Notes under the pieces: generated by a model
Database searches by the model: none
What the model was told of the DNA's origin: nothing
Seen by the model: only the letters and a program-made list of their open reading frames with translations
In this document: piece by piece, positions 26,182-34,384 of the stretch
How the letters are laid out: the number at the start of each line of letters is the position of its first letter
How positions within the stretch are numbered: position 1 is the stretch's first letter
Made by a program: the position numbers and the translations under genes
NCBI GenBank assembly: GCA_964525005.1
Contig: CAZGEF010000002.1
Coordinates: 183 to 64,182 of the forward strand
Length of the DNA: 64,000 nt
From: an uncultured Rhabdothermincola sp.
GTDB lineage: Bacteria > Actinomycetota > Acidimicrobiia > Acidimicrobiales > Acidimicrobilacustridaceae
Direction of reading: 5' to 3'

Positions 26182-26649
26182 GTGGCTGCCGTGTCCGAGC
26201 AGCCCAGTCCCGACCAGCCCAGTCCCGACCACCGCCACCAGGCAGACGGACGGCGTTCGGAACGCGTGCTCGTCGTCGAGGACGACCCCGACAACGGCTG
26301 CCTCGTCGAGTACATCTTGGAACGCGCCGGCTACCGGGTGGAGCTCGTGTCCAGCGCCGAGCGCGCCCTCGACCTCTCCACCGCTGCCGCCACCGACCGC
26401 CCGTTCGATGCCGTGGTCACCGATCTCGTGCTGCCGGGGATCGACGGACTCGAGCTGGCTCGGGTGCTGCGGTCCATCGAGCCGGGCCTGCCCGTCGTCG
26501 TGATGACGGCGCACAGCTCGCCCGACAGCACCGAACGGGCCCGCATGCTCGGGCTCGGCGAGTACCTCCACAAACCGCTGATGGCTCCGGCGCTCGTCCG
26601 TTCGGTGGCGCGGTCACTGCGGAGCTCGGATCGGAGCGTCCTGACATGA
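26182..26649 (+). CDS. Single-domain (CheY-like) response regulator
   Basis: Contains VLVVEDDPDNG...DAVVTDLVLPGIDG...VVVMTAHSS...YLHKPL. The N-terminal QPSPDQPSPD comes from a 15-bp tandem repeat at 26200-26229. The start is GTG 26182 or 26191. The stop overlaps the next gene (ATGA). Confidence 0.8.
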   Translation: MAAVSEQPSPDQPSPDHRHQADGRRSERVLVVEDDPDNGCLVEYILERAGYRVELVSSAERALDLSTAAATDRPFDAVVTDLVLPGIDGLELARVLRSIEPGLPVVVMTAHSSPDSTERARMLGLGEYLHKPLMAPALVRSVARSLRSSDRSVLT

Positions 26650-27398
26650 ACCGACTCGGCCACGACCTCCACGTCCACTCGACCTGGTCCGACGGCAAGG
26701 CCCATCCGATCGAGAACCTCATCGCGGCGACCGACGCCGGGCTGACCTCGCTGGCCATGGTCGAGCACGTGGACCGGTCCACCACGTGGGCGCCCCTGTG
26801 GGCCGACGAGGTCGCCTGGTACCGCGAGACCGCTCAGATCGACCTGATCGCGGCGGTCGAGGCCGAACTGCTCGCCGTCGACGGCACCGTCGACCTGCCC
26901 GACGACATCTCCGGCATCGACATGATCCTGGTCTCCGACCGTCTCGTGCCCACCCGGCACGGATTGCGGGAACCGGCCGAGGTGAGGACCGACCTGCTCA
27001 CCGGTTCCCTCGACCGCCACGAGGTCATCGGCGACGTCGTCGACGCGCTCCTCGGCGCGGCGCGCACGCCTCGCATCCAGATCGCGCACCTGTTCTCGTG
27101 CCTGCCCAAGGTCGGAATCGCCGAGCAGGAGATCGCCGTGGACGAGATCAACCGCCTCGCGGAGGGCCTGGCCGCGGCCGGCGTCGCGGTGGAGATCAGC
27201 GAACGGTGGCGCTGCCCGTCGGCACGGGTCGCGCTGATCCTCGCCGACGCCGGTGTGCGGATCGTCGCCGGAACCGACAGCAACCGGGCCTCGACCGTCG
27301 GCGTCTACGACTACGTCACCGACGTGATGACCTCGATCGACGCCACGGCGTCCGACCTGGACGCCGACCTCGAGGCGTGGCGCTCGCTGTGGAGCTGA
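26646..27398 (+). CDS. PHP-domain metal-dependent phosphoesterase
   Basis: Starts MNRLGHDLHVHSTWSDGKAHPIENLIAATDAGLTSLAMVEHVD, with a C-terminal VAGTDSN. Translationally coupled to the CheY-like gene. Confidence 0.8.
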   Translation: MNRLGHDLHVHSTWSDGKAHPIENLIAATDAGLTSLAMVEHVDRSTTWAPLWADEVAWYRETAQIDLIAAVEAELLAVDGTVDLPDDISGIDMILVSDRLVPTRHGLREPAEVRTDLLTGSLDRHEVIGDVVDALLGAARTPRIQIAHLFSCLPKVGIAEQEIAVDEINRLAEGLAAAGVAVEISERWRCPSARVALILADAGVRIVAGTDSNRASTVGVYDYVTDVMTSIDATASDLDADLEAWRSLWS

Positions 27399-27402
27399 CC
27401 CG

Positions 27403-27474
27403 GTGATCGTCGGACTCGTCGTCCTGATCCTCGTGACCCTGGGCGTCGTGATCAGCCTGATCTCGAGCGTCTGA
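27403..27474 (+). CDS. Candidate 23-aa hydrophobic micro-peptide
   Basis: Reads GTG..TGA as VIVGLVVLILVTLGVVISLISSV. GGAG lies 8 nt upstream, 4 nt after the PHP stop. It is below the track size cut-off and there is no homology evidence. Confidence 0.25.
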   Translation: MIVGLVVLILVTLGVVISLISSV

Positions 27475-27516
27475 CCCCGGAGCCCGGGTCGGCCGCGCCG
27501 CCAGACAGGAAGGCGG

Positions 27517-27538
27517 GCAGGCAGGCAGGCAGGCAGGC
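27517..27538. repeat. (GCAG)5.5 tetranucleotide microsatellite
   Basis: gcaggcaggcaggcaggcaggc lies in the 103-bp spacer upstream of the gene starting at 27578. Confidence 0.9.
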
Positions 27539-27577
27539 CTCACCCTCGAGGACCCCTGCGGGTGGTAGACGAAGACG

Positions 27578-28696
27578 GTGCCCGACCGACTGTCGAACCG
27601 CGAGCTCAACCGCGCCACGCTCGCTCGGCAGGGGCTGCTCGAACGGGGCGACCAGCGGGTCGAAGCGGTCGTCCACCACCTCGTCGGCATGCAGGCGCAG
27701 GAGCCTCTCGATCCCTACACCGCGCTGTGGTCGCGCCTCGACGGGTTCGTGCCCACCGACCTCGGCGACCTGCTCACCGACCGGACGCTGGTGCGGATCG
27801 TGACCCTCCGGGGCACGATCCACCTGCACACCGCCGAGGACGCCGCGTGGATCCGGCCGCTGGCGCAACCGGTCCTCGACGACGAGATGCGTCGCCACCG
27901 CGAGCTCAAGCACCACCTCGTCGGCGTCGACCTCGCCCCGGTCGTGGCATTCGCCGAGCCGCTTCTCGCCGCCCGACCCCTCTCGGGTCGCCAGCTCCGC
28001 GCCGCGCTCGCCCAGCAGTTCCCCGACCTCGATCCCGCCGCACTGGCGCTGGGCTGCCGCAACCGGATCCCGCTCGTGCAGATCCCGCCGCGCGGGGTGT
28101 GGGGCCAGCGGCTCCAGGTCACGCTGACGCCCCTGGAAGCGTGGACCGGCGTCGAGGTGGGTGGCGAGCCCGATCCCGGTGACGTGCTGCGGCGCTACCT
28201 CGCGGCGTTCGGGCCCGCGTCGCCCACCGACATCGTCACGTGGTCCCGACTCCCCGCGCGGCGTGCCGTCTTCGACGACCTCCGCGGCGACCTGCGGGTG
28301 TTCGTGAACGAGGCCGGCAAGGAGGTCTTCGACCTGCCCGACGCGCCCCGGCCCGACCCTGACACCCCCGCACCGGTGCGGTACCTGCCCGAGTACGACA
28401 ACCTGCTGCTGTCCCATGCCGACCGCACCCGGTTCATCCCCGCCGACCAGCCCGGGTTCGTGCAGACGAACCGCCCGTTCAAGGGCACCGTGCTCGCCGA
28501 CGGCGAGGTGGCAGCCACGTGGTCGGTCGCCCTCGGCGCCGCGCCCGACGGCGGACCGGCCCTGGTCGTGGGCGCGCGCCGGGACCTCACCAAGCGGACG
28601 CTCGCCGCGATCGAGGCCGAGGGACGCCGCTACCTCCGCTTCCGCCAGGACGGCGCCCGCACCGGCGAGGTGCAGCTCCTCAGCGACCCGACCTGA
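27578..28696 (+). CDS. Winged-helix DNA glycosylase-like protein, HTH_42 / YcaQ-AlkZ family
   Basis: Starts MPDRLSNRELNRATLARQGLLER...VVHHLVGMQAQEPLDPY...LVRIVTLRGTIHL. This is the typical family N-terminus, with a Q-A-Q at the position of the catalytic QxQ/QxD motif. Confidence 0.75.
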   Translation: MPDRLSNRELNRATLARQGLLERGDQRVEAVVHHLVGMQAQEPLDPYTALWSRLDGFVPTDLGDLLTDRTLVRIVTLRGTIHLHTAEDAAWIRPLAQPVLDDEMRRHRELKHHLVGVDLAPVVAFAEPLLAARPLSGRQLRAALAQQFPDLDPAALALGCRNRIPLVQIPPRGVWGQRLQVTLTPLEAWTGVEVGGEPDPGDVLRRYLAAFGPASPTDIVTWSRLPARRAVFDDLRGDLRVFVNEAGKEVFDLPDAPRPDPDTPAPVRYLPEYDNLLLSHADRTRFIPADQPGFVQTNRPFKGTVLADGEVAATWSVALGAAPDGGPALVVGARRDLTKRTLAAIEAEGRRYLRFRQDGARTGEVQLLSDPT

Positions 28697-28877
28697 CCGA
28701 CCGCCGAGCGGACCTGACAGAGGCACCGGTTGAGAGGAGACGCCCGGTCCCGAGGTGCCGAGGTGCCGAGCAACCGGCACCGGTGCGGCCTCCGGGGGGC
28801 CCATCCATCTGAAGGAACGAGCGAAGCTCCACCAACTCGGAGTGCGCATTTCCTGTCCTCTGTGACTTCATTGGACG

Positions 28878-29366
28878 ATGACGGACGGCAGTGATGGCTT
28901 CGAGACGTGGTACGTGGCCGTGCATCCACGTCTCGGCGCGGCGTTGACGCTTGCGTTCGGCGACACCGATCTGGCCCAGGAGTCGGCTGATGAGGCGGTA
29001 GCTCGCGCCTATGAGGCTTGGCCCTCGGTCTCGGCGATGGCGTCGCCGACCGGTTGGCTTTTCGCCGTGGCCTTCAACGTGGCGAGGCGGCGGCTGCGGC
29101 GGCGATCTCTGGAACGCCAGCTCGTCCTGCGCAATGGCGCCGAGAGCGAGCATCTTTCCGACGTGGAGCTGTGGCTGGTGGTCGCGGGGCTTCCCGATCG
29201 GCAACGGCAAGCGGTCGTGCTTCGACATGTGGGCCACCTTCGAGAGCGGGAGATCGCCGAGGTGATGGGAATCTCCCGTGGAGGCCTCTCCTCGACGCTC
29301 CGCGCCGCCTACCGATCTCTTCGCATCGAGCTCTCCGAGTCGATCCCATCCCAGGAGGGACCATGA
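28878..29366 (+). CDS. ECF sigma factor (compositionally atypical)
   Basis: Region 2 reads DLAQESADEAVARAYEAW...WLFAVAFNVARRRLRR. Region 4 reads LPDRQRQAVVLRHVGHLREREIAEVMGISRGGLSSTLRAAYRSL. Third codon positions show noticeably more A/T than in neighbouring genes. Confidence 0.85.
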   Translation: MTDGSDGFETWYVAVHPRLGAALTLAFGDTDLAQESADEAVARAYEAWPSVSAMASPTGWLFAVAFNVARRRLRRRSLERQLVLRNGAESEHLSDVELWLVVAGLPDRQRQAVVLRHVGHLREREIAEVMGISRGGLSSTLRAAYRSLRIELSESIPSQEGP

Positions 29367-30193
29367 GCTTCGACCTCGATGACCTTGCGGAGAAGGCCAT
29401 CCGCGAGACGCCGACTCGAGTGCCCGCGATGAGCGAGGTCCTCGCGATCGCTCGACGGCGCGCCCGTCGCCGCGCTGCGGGTCGCGCCGCGACTGCTGTG
29501 GCGGCGCTGGCCGTGGTCGCCGGTGGGCTCTGGGCGTTCCTTCCCGGTGTCAGACCAGATGACCGAGCGAAGCCAGTCCAGGTCATCACCGACGACACCG
29601 ACCAACCCAGCGACGCAACGTCGGCTACCACCCCACCTGAAGCAGGCGTGGCCCGCGGCGTTCTCCCCAACGGCGATCCCTACCGAGTCGAGTCCGCGTC
29701 GCTCGACGACGTGGTAGCCGGCATCTCTGCAGCGATCGTCCTCGACGATGGTGGGTCAGGAGCCCGAGCGATCGGGATCGCGAACTTCCAGAGGGTCGAC
29801 GCTGGCGCGCAGCGTTTCGCCGACGACGAAGCGGGCGTGGTCGGCGTGATCTCAGGATCCTGGATGCTGCACCTGTCGATCTACGACGACGTGCGCGCCG
29901 CGCTGGGCGACGGCGCGGCCACCCTCGTGGCGTCTTGGATCGATCCATCCGATCCGGCCCATGCATCAGGACTGCCGTCCTTCGAGCTATCGACGCCACT
30001 CCGCTGGGCCACCGATGACGAAGTTCCGCTCCAGATGCAGGTGCTGTACCCGGAGTTCGTCGTTCGCCGAGGCTGCGGCACGACAGCTCAGGTCTGCAGC
30101 GACGACGGATCGCTGCAGGTGATCGCGACCAAGGACGTCTTCTACCCGGCCCCCTCATGGCCCGGCGGCACGCTGAAGATCACCGACGACTAG
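29363..30193 (+). CDS. Single-pass membrane protein, putative anti-sigma partner
   Basis: The ATG overlaps the sigma stop (ATGA 29363-29366). One TM helix (AATAVAALAVVAGGLWAFL) is followed by a ~200-aa external domain. No family recognised. Confidence 0.6.
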   Translation: MSFDLDDLAEKAIRETPTRVPAMSEVLAIARRRARRRAAGRAATAVAALAVVAGGLWAFLPGVRPDDRAKPVQVITDDTDQPSDATSATTPPEAGVARGVLPNGDPYRVESASLDDVVAGISAAIVLDDGGSGARAIGIANFQRVDAGAQRFADDEAGVVGVISGSWMLHLSIYDDVRAALGDGAATLVASWIDPSDPAHASGLPSFELSTPLRWATDDEVPLQMQVLYPEFVVRRGCGTTAQVCSDDGSLQVIATKDVFYPAPSWPGGTLKITDD

Positions 30194-30629
30194 CGCGAGG
30201 ACACGTGGCTCCTGGGTGCCGGTAGGCACCCCACGTCGCGAGGGTGTCGCCTTCCACCGTTGCCGGCACATGGTGTGACGAGATGGCCACGGGTGAGCAG
30301 CGTCGCCGCCGACGGACGGATCCCGACGTCCGCCCACCCAGAGATCGTCGTTCGATCCACGGCGACGATCGCGAAGAGTCCCCTCGATCGGACGTCTCCT
30401 GTGACGCCGATGTCCGAGCCAGTGGCCGGTCTCCGGACGTCGAGCAGAATTCCCTGCTGCGGGGTTGTTCCTGTCAGACCATGACGATACGCTCGAACAC
30501 ACGTTCGAGAGGCCGCTGGCCGTTCCCCACTCGAGCGGACCATCTTCACCGTCACCTCCCGGCCCGGCAACGGCTCCCTGGAGGGTTGACGATGACGGTG
30601 TCCGTGACCGATTCGAGGGGAGGCCAGGC

Positions 30630-32141
30630 ATGCAGCAGACCGTGGGCGGCGAAGCCGACCAGCTCCACTCCCTGTTCCTCGCGGTGTCCCAGTTCGCGCA
30701 GTCCTTCGACCCGAAGGTCCTGTCGGGATCCGACGCCAAGCGGATCCTGCACGACGCGGCGCGAGCCAAGTCGATCCTGGCCGTCGTCGAGTCCCTGGCG
30801 CTGGTGCGCATCGAGGAGACCGAGGCGCACAAGGCCGCCGGGTACCGCTCGGCCGCCGACTACGGCGCGGCGAAGACCGGCGCCAAGCGCGGCGAGGCGC
30901 AACGGGCGATGAGGACCGCCAAGCGGGCCCGGCGGTTGCCCCAGACCGACGAGGCGATGCGCCGCGGCGAGCTGTCGCCCCGACAGGCCGACGCCATCGC
31001 CGATGCCGCGACGGTCAACCCCGAAGCAGAAGACGACCTGCTCGCGGCGGCGAAGACCGACGACGTGGGGACCCTGGAACGCAAGGCGAAGCGGGCCAAG
31101 TCCTCCGCCGACCACGACGCCCAGGCGCGCACCCGCCGGATCCACGCCCGCCGGTCCTTGCGTCACTGGACCGACGAAGAGGGCGCCTTCCACACCCACC
31201 TGCGCACCACCGTCGAAGCCGGTGCCCGACTCCTCGAAGCCCTCAAGCCCTACGAACGCGCCGCCTTCGAGGCCGCCCGCAGAGAAGGCCGCCGCGAGGC
31301 TCCCGATGCCTACGCCGCGGATGCCCTCGACCTGCTCATCGGTGACCACACGAGCCCGAGCGACGACGCGGCGCCCCGCCCGAACCCGACGACCACCCCG
31401 GACGTGCCCTCGGCCCACGTCGGCCCCGACGAACGCCCCGGCCCAACCGTCGACGACCGCGCTCCCGACGGGCCGCGAGCCGACCGCGCCGACGGATCCG
31501 AAGACCCGGACCGGCCCAACGACCCGGACCGGCCCGACGACCCAGACCTCAGGGGTGCACGGACAACCCGCGGGCAGGACCCACCCGCCCGGTCGGCCGT
31601 CGCGCCGAACCGGGTGAGGAAACCGCAACCGAGAGCCACGAGCGCTCCCCGGGCGACGGTGTTCCTCAACATCGACCTCGCGCCGCTGCTGCGCGGCCAC
31701 CTGATCCCGGGCGAGACCTGCGAGATCCCCGGCGTCGGCCCCATCGACCTCGCCTCCGCACAGACCCTGCTCGGCGACGCCACCATCGAGCTCATCCTCA
31801 AGAAGGGCACCGACATCTGCTCGGTCGTGCACTACGGCCGCACGGTGACCGCCGCTCAACGACGTGCCCTCGAAGCCCGCGACCCCGTCTGCATCGTCCC
31901 CGGCTGCGGGCAGACGAAGGGGCTCCAGATCGACCATCGCCGAGGCTGGGCCATCACCCACACCACCAGCCTCGACGATCTCGCCCGTCTGTGCGCCTAC
32001 CACCACATGCTCAAGACGCTGCACGGCTGCACCTACACCGGCGGCCCCGGCACCTGGCGATGGCACCCGCCCGGCACCGACCCACCCGGCCAGGCGCCCG
32101 ACGGCACCGACCAGCCCGACCTGTTCAGCAAGCCGCCATGA
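30630..32141 (+). CDS. DUF222 domain / HNH endonuclease protein (REP13E12 family)
   Basis: The ATG at 30630 follows GAGGGGAGG. The N-terminal helical DUF222-type region reads SGSDAKRILHDAARAKSILAVVESLALVRIEE. A Pro/Asp-rich linker follows. The C-terminal HNH reads CIVPGCGQTKGLQIDHRRGW...LCAYHHMLKT. Confidence 0.88.
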   Translation: MQQTVGGEADQLHSLFLAVSQFAQSFDPKVLSGSDAKRILHDAARAKSILAVVESLALVRIEETEAHKAAGYRSAADYGAAKTGAKRGEAQRAMRTAKRARRLPQTDEAMRRGELSPRQADAIADAATVNPEAEDDLLAAAKTDDVGTLERKAKRAKSSADHDAQARTRRIHARRSLRHWTDEEGAFHTHLRTTVEAGARLLEALKPYERAAFEAARREGRREAPDAYAADALDLLIGDHTSPSDDAAPRPNPTTTPDVPSAHVGPDERPGPTVDDRAPDGPRADRADGSEDPDRPNDPDRPDDPDLRGARTTRGQDPPARSAVAPNRVRKPQPRATSAPRATVFLNIDLAPLLRGHLIPGETCEIPGVGPIDLASAQTLLGDATIELILKKGTDICSVVHYGRTVTAAQRRALEARDPVCIVPGCGQTKGLQIDHRRGWAITHTTSLDDLARLCAYHHMLKTLHGCTYTGGPGTWRWHPPGTDPPGQAPDGTDQPDLFSKPP

Positions 32142-32164
32142 GCAACGAAGCCCCGGCCGCGAAG

Positions 32165-32271
32165 CAGCGAAGGAGCGAGGCCCCGAACGCGGATCCGCCG
32201 GGCAGGACCCGCCGCCCCGACCTCACCCGGTCGGCGCGAGCCGCAGCTACGGCGCGCCGAGGAGCCCGGCG
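32165..32271. repeat. Terminal repeat R, copy A (~107 nt)
   Basis: Differs from 34760-34869 by 3 substitutions (all G/A) and one 3-nt indel. Contains the gcggatccgc palindrome and a ccgacc/ggtcgg hairpin. On the minus strand it ends with ..AGLLGAP-stop. Confidence 0.85.
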
Positions 32272-32342
32272 CCCTTTCCCGACCTCGCCGCTCCCTCCGC
32301 CTCCGCCCGGTCGGCACCCCCCACCGGCGAGGTCCAGGTCCT

Positions 32343-33533
32343 CTACCGCGCCCGCAGGCGGCTGACCTCCGAACGGGAAAGGGCGACGTCGTCGTTCTCG
32401 GCGCCCAGCGCGCGGGCGATCGCTTCGGCAAGGTCGTGGGCCGCGGCGAGGACGTGCTTGGCGGTCGTGCGGTCGTGGTGCCCGTGGATGCTCTTGATGT
32501 ACTTGCGCTGTCGGTGGCGCGAGCCTGCCAGTGCCGCGACCTCGTCCTCGGTCAACGTGCCATTGGCGACCTCGGGGGCGAGCAGGTCGTGCATCCAGGT
32601 CCGCTCGGTCGACGACGCGAGCCGAGCGACGTAGAGGACGATGCCGACCTCCACGACGAGGAACAGCGGCATGAGCAGACCGGAGCCGGCGCTGCTGCCG
32701 AAGAGCGTTCCGCCGATCGCGCCCATCGAGTCCCACGCACCGTGGCAGAGCATGGCGACGGCCATCAGGGCAAGCCCCCGGCCGACCCGCCGGCGTTCTG
32801 CGCCCCACCCGAGGAGCCAGAAGAGGCCAGCGCAGAAGATCGCCGAGAACAGCGCATGGGACGCGATGCCCACGATGCTGCGCAGGCCGATGACCTGCAA
32901 CGCGGCGGCGGTCTCGTTCGTCCCGAAGTCGACCTGAGCGCCCTGGTAGACGTACAGGACGTTCTCCCAGATCTGGAACCCGAGGCCGATGAAGGCACCG
33001 ACCACGAAGGCGTCGTAGGCGCTGCGGATCAGGCGAGGTGCCAGACCGACCAGGACCACGAGACCGATCGCCTTGGACGCCTCTTCGGTGAACGGTGCGG
33101 TGAGGCCGGCGCTCCAGTCGGCCGCCCACGCCTGGCCGAACACCTTGGCGTACAGGGACAGGACCGCGTCGTTGACGGTGAGCGCCAGCGTCGCGGTGGC
33201 GGCGAAGAAGCCCCAGCCGAATGCGGTCGCGAGCAGCTTGGGCGACTCGGGGGTGTACCGGTTGTTGGCACCGAGGAACACGAGCCAGATCGCGCCGTAG
33301 ACGGCGAACGCGATGCCTCCGCCGGCGAGCGCGCCCCCGAAGTTGCCGATGTCGTGCGCGTAGAAGCGCACGGTGTGGCCGACACCCACCGCCATCGCCC
33401 ACACGTAGACCCAGAACATGGCGTTGCGGGGCTGGAAGAGCCGGAACCGCTCACCCCAGCCCGAGTCGTCGATGGCGGCGAGCTGGCGGGCGCGCCGGTC
33501 GTCAGGTGCGTCGGTCCGGTCGGTGGCGGTCAC
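32343..33533 (-). CDS. PrsW-family intramembrane metalloprotease
   Basis: Polytopic, with FTEEASKAIG (EExxK) and HALFSAIF (HxxxD/N-type) motifs and a long cytoplasmic C-terminal tail. The GTG start overlaps the upstream stop (GTGA). Confidence 0.85.
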   Translation of the reverse strand: MTATDRTDAPDDRRARQLAAIDDSGWGERFRLFQPRNAMFWVYVWAMAVGVGHTVRFYAHDIGNFGGALAGGGIAFAVYGAIWLVFLGANNRYTPESPKLLATAFGWGFFAATATLALTVNDAVLSLYAKVFGQAWAADWSAGLTAPFTEEASKAIGLVVLVGLAPRLIRSAYDAFVVGAFIGLGFQIWENVLYVYQGAQVDFGTNETAAALQVIGLRSIVGIASHALFSAIFCAGLFWLLGWGAERRRVGRGLALMAVAMLCHGAWDSMGAIGGTLFGSSAGSGLLMPLFLVVEVGIVLYVARLASSTERTWMHDLLAPEVANGTLTEDEVAALAGSRHRQRKYIKSIHGHHDRTTAKHVLAAAHDLAEAIARALGAENDDVALSRSEVSRLRAR

Positions 33534-34204
33534 GAGGCGGGCTCCTCGACGGTGAGGCTGTCGATCAGGGCACCGATCGCGGCCGACTGGTTGGCGTACG
33601 CCGTGTCGGTGGCGTCGATCGTGATCGTGACGCCGGTCGGCGTCGTGCCGTCGGTTCCCGCGTCGAGGGTGAAGGCCAGGACGCGACCCTCGCCGCTCGC
33701 CGAGGTGTACGCCTCGGACACGCCGGTGAGCCCCGACGCGGTCGTGACGGTCGCCCGAGGGCCGGTCACCTTGAACGCCCGGTTCCCGTCCGCGTCCGAA
33801 GCGGTCCGCAGCCGGTTGACCTGGTCGAGCAACTCGTCCGGGGTCCCGTCGAAGTTGCCCCGCGTGACCGTGAGCTGCACGCCGCCGCTGCCGATCGAGG
33901 CCGCGCCGTCGCCGGTTATCCCCGAAGCCGGTTCGTCACCCACCCGGATGCCGCTGGTCAGCTCCCAACCCGTCGGCGGCACGACGGTCACCCCCCGGCC
34001 GAGATCGAGCACGTCTCCGGCGCGGGTCTCGTCATCCCAGCCGACCGCGTCGTCGATCGCCGGGATCGCCACCATGAAGACCAGCATCAGCCCCAGCACC
34101 ACCGCCGCGAGCGGGATGGTGCGCCGGTCCAGGCCGAGCCAGCGGTGCTCGACCGGGACATGCCCCGGGGGCGGGGGACCCGTCAAGGGTTCAGATGCCT
34201 CCAT
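33530..34204 (-). CDS. Single-pass membrane protein coupled to PrsW
   Basis: Starts MEASEPLTGPPPPGHV..., with a TM helix IPLAAVVLGLMLVFMVAIPAI and a ~170-aa external Thr/Gly/Asp-rich domain. No family recognised. The first 30 codons of the track ORF are probably not translated. Confidence 0.55.
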   Translation of the reverse strand: MEASEPLTGPPPPGHVPVEHRWLGLDRRTIPLAAVVLGLMLVFMVAIPAIDDAVGWDDETRAGDVLDLGRGVTVVPPTGWELTSGIRVGDEPASGITGDGAASIGSGGVQLTVTRGNFDGTPDELLDQVNRLRTASDADGNRAFKVTGPRATVTTASGLTGVSEAYTSASGEGRVLAFTLDAGTDGTTPTGVTITIDATDTAYANQSAAIGALIDSLTVEEPAS

Positions 34205-34384
34205 CGTCCTCTCCGATCCGGCGTGCCGAGGCGCACCTGCGCACGTGGCGGGCGACGTAGCAGCTCGATCGAAGCCCTCAGCTCGACCTCCCATCGGACG
34301 CGAGCGACCCGGCGCGACGTGGCGGCGGGGTCCGCGCCTGTCGACGCCGTCGCCTTCTTCACCCGGCCGGGCGTTCGGGTCCGA

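Larger units (their letters stand above)
30431..32271 (+). mobile_element. Full-length DUF222-HNH (REP13E12-like) repeat element: leader L, HNH ORF, junction J, terminal repeat R
   Basis: The ends are defined by similarity to a second, deleted copy at 34385-34869. L is 30431-30488, J is 32121-32161 and R is 32165-32271. Confidence 0.6.

Noticed and set aside
28811-28885. A possible third, degenerate R/L junction and a 13-nt match (t(t)gacgatgacgg at 28867-28880 and 30587-30599)
   Set aside because: The similarity is short and gapped and could be chance in biased sequence. I mention it only as a weak hint in the island finding and do not annotate it.
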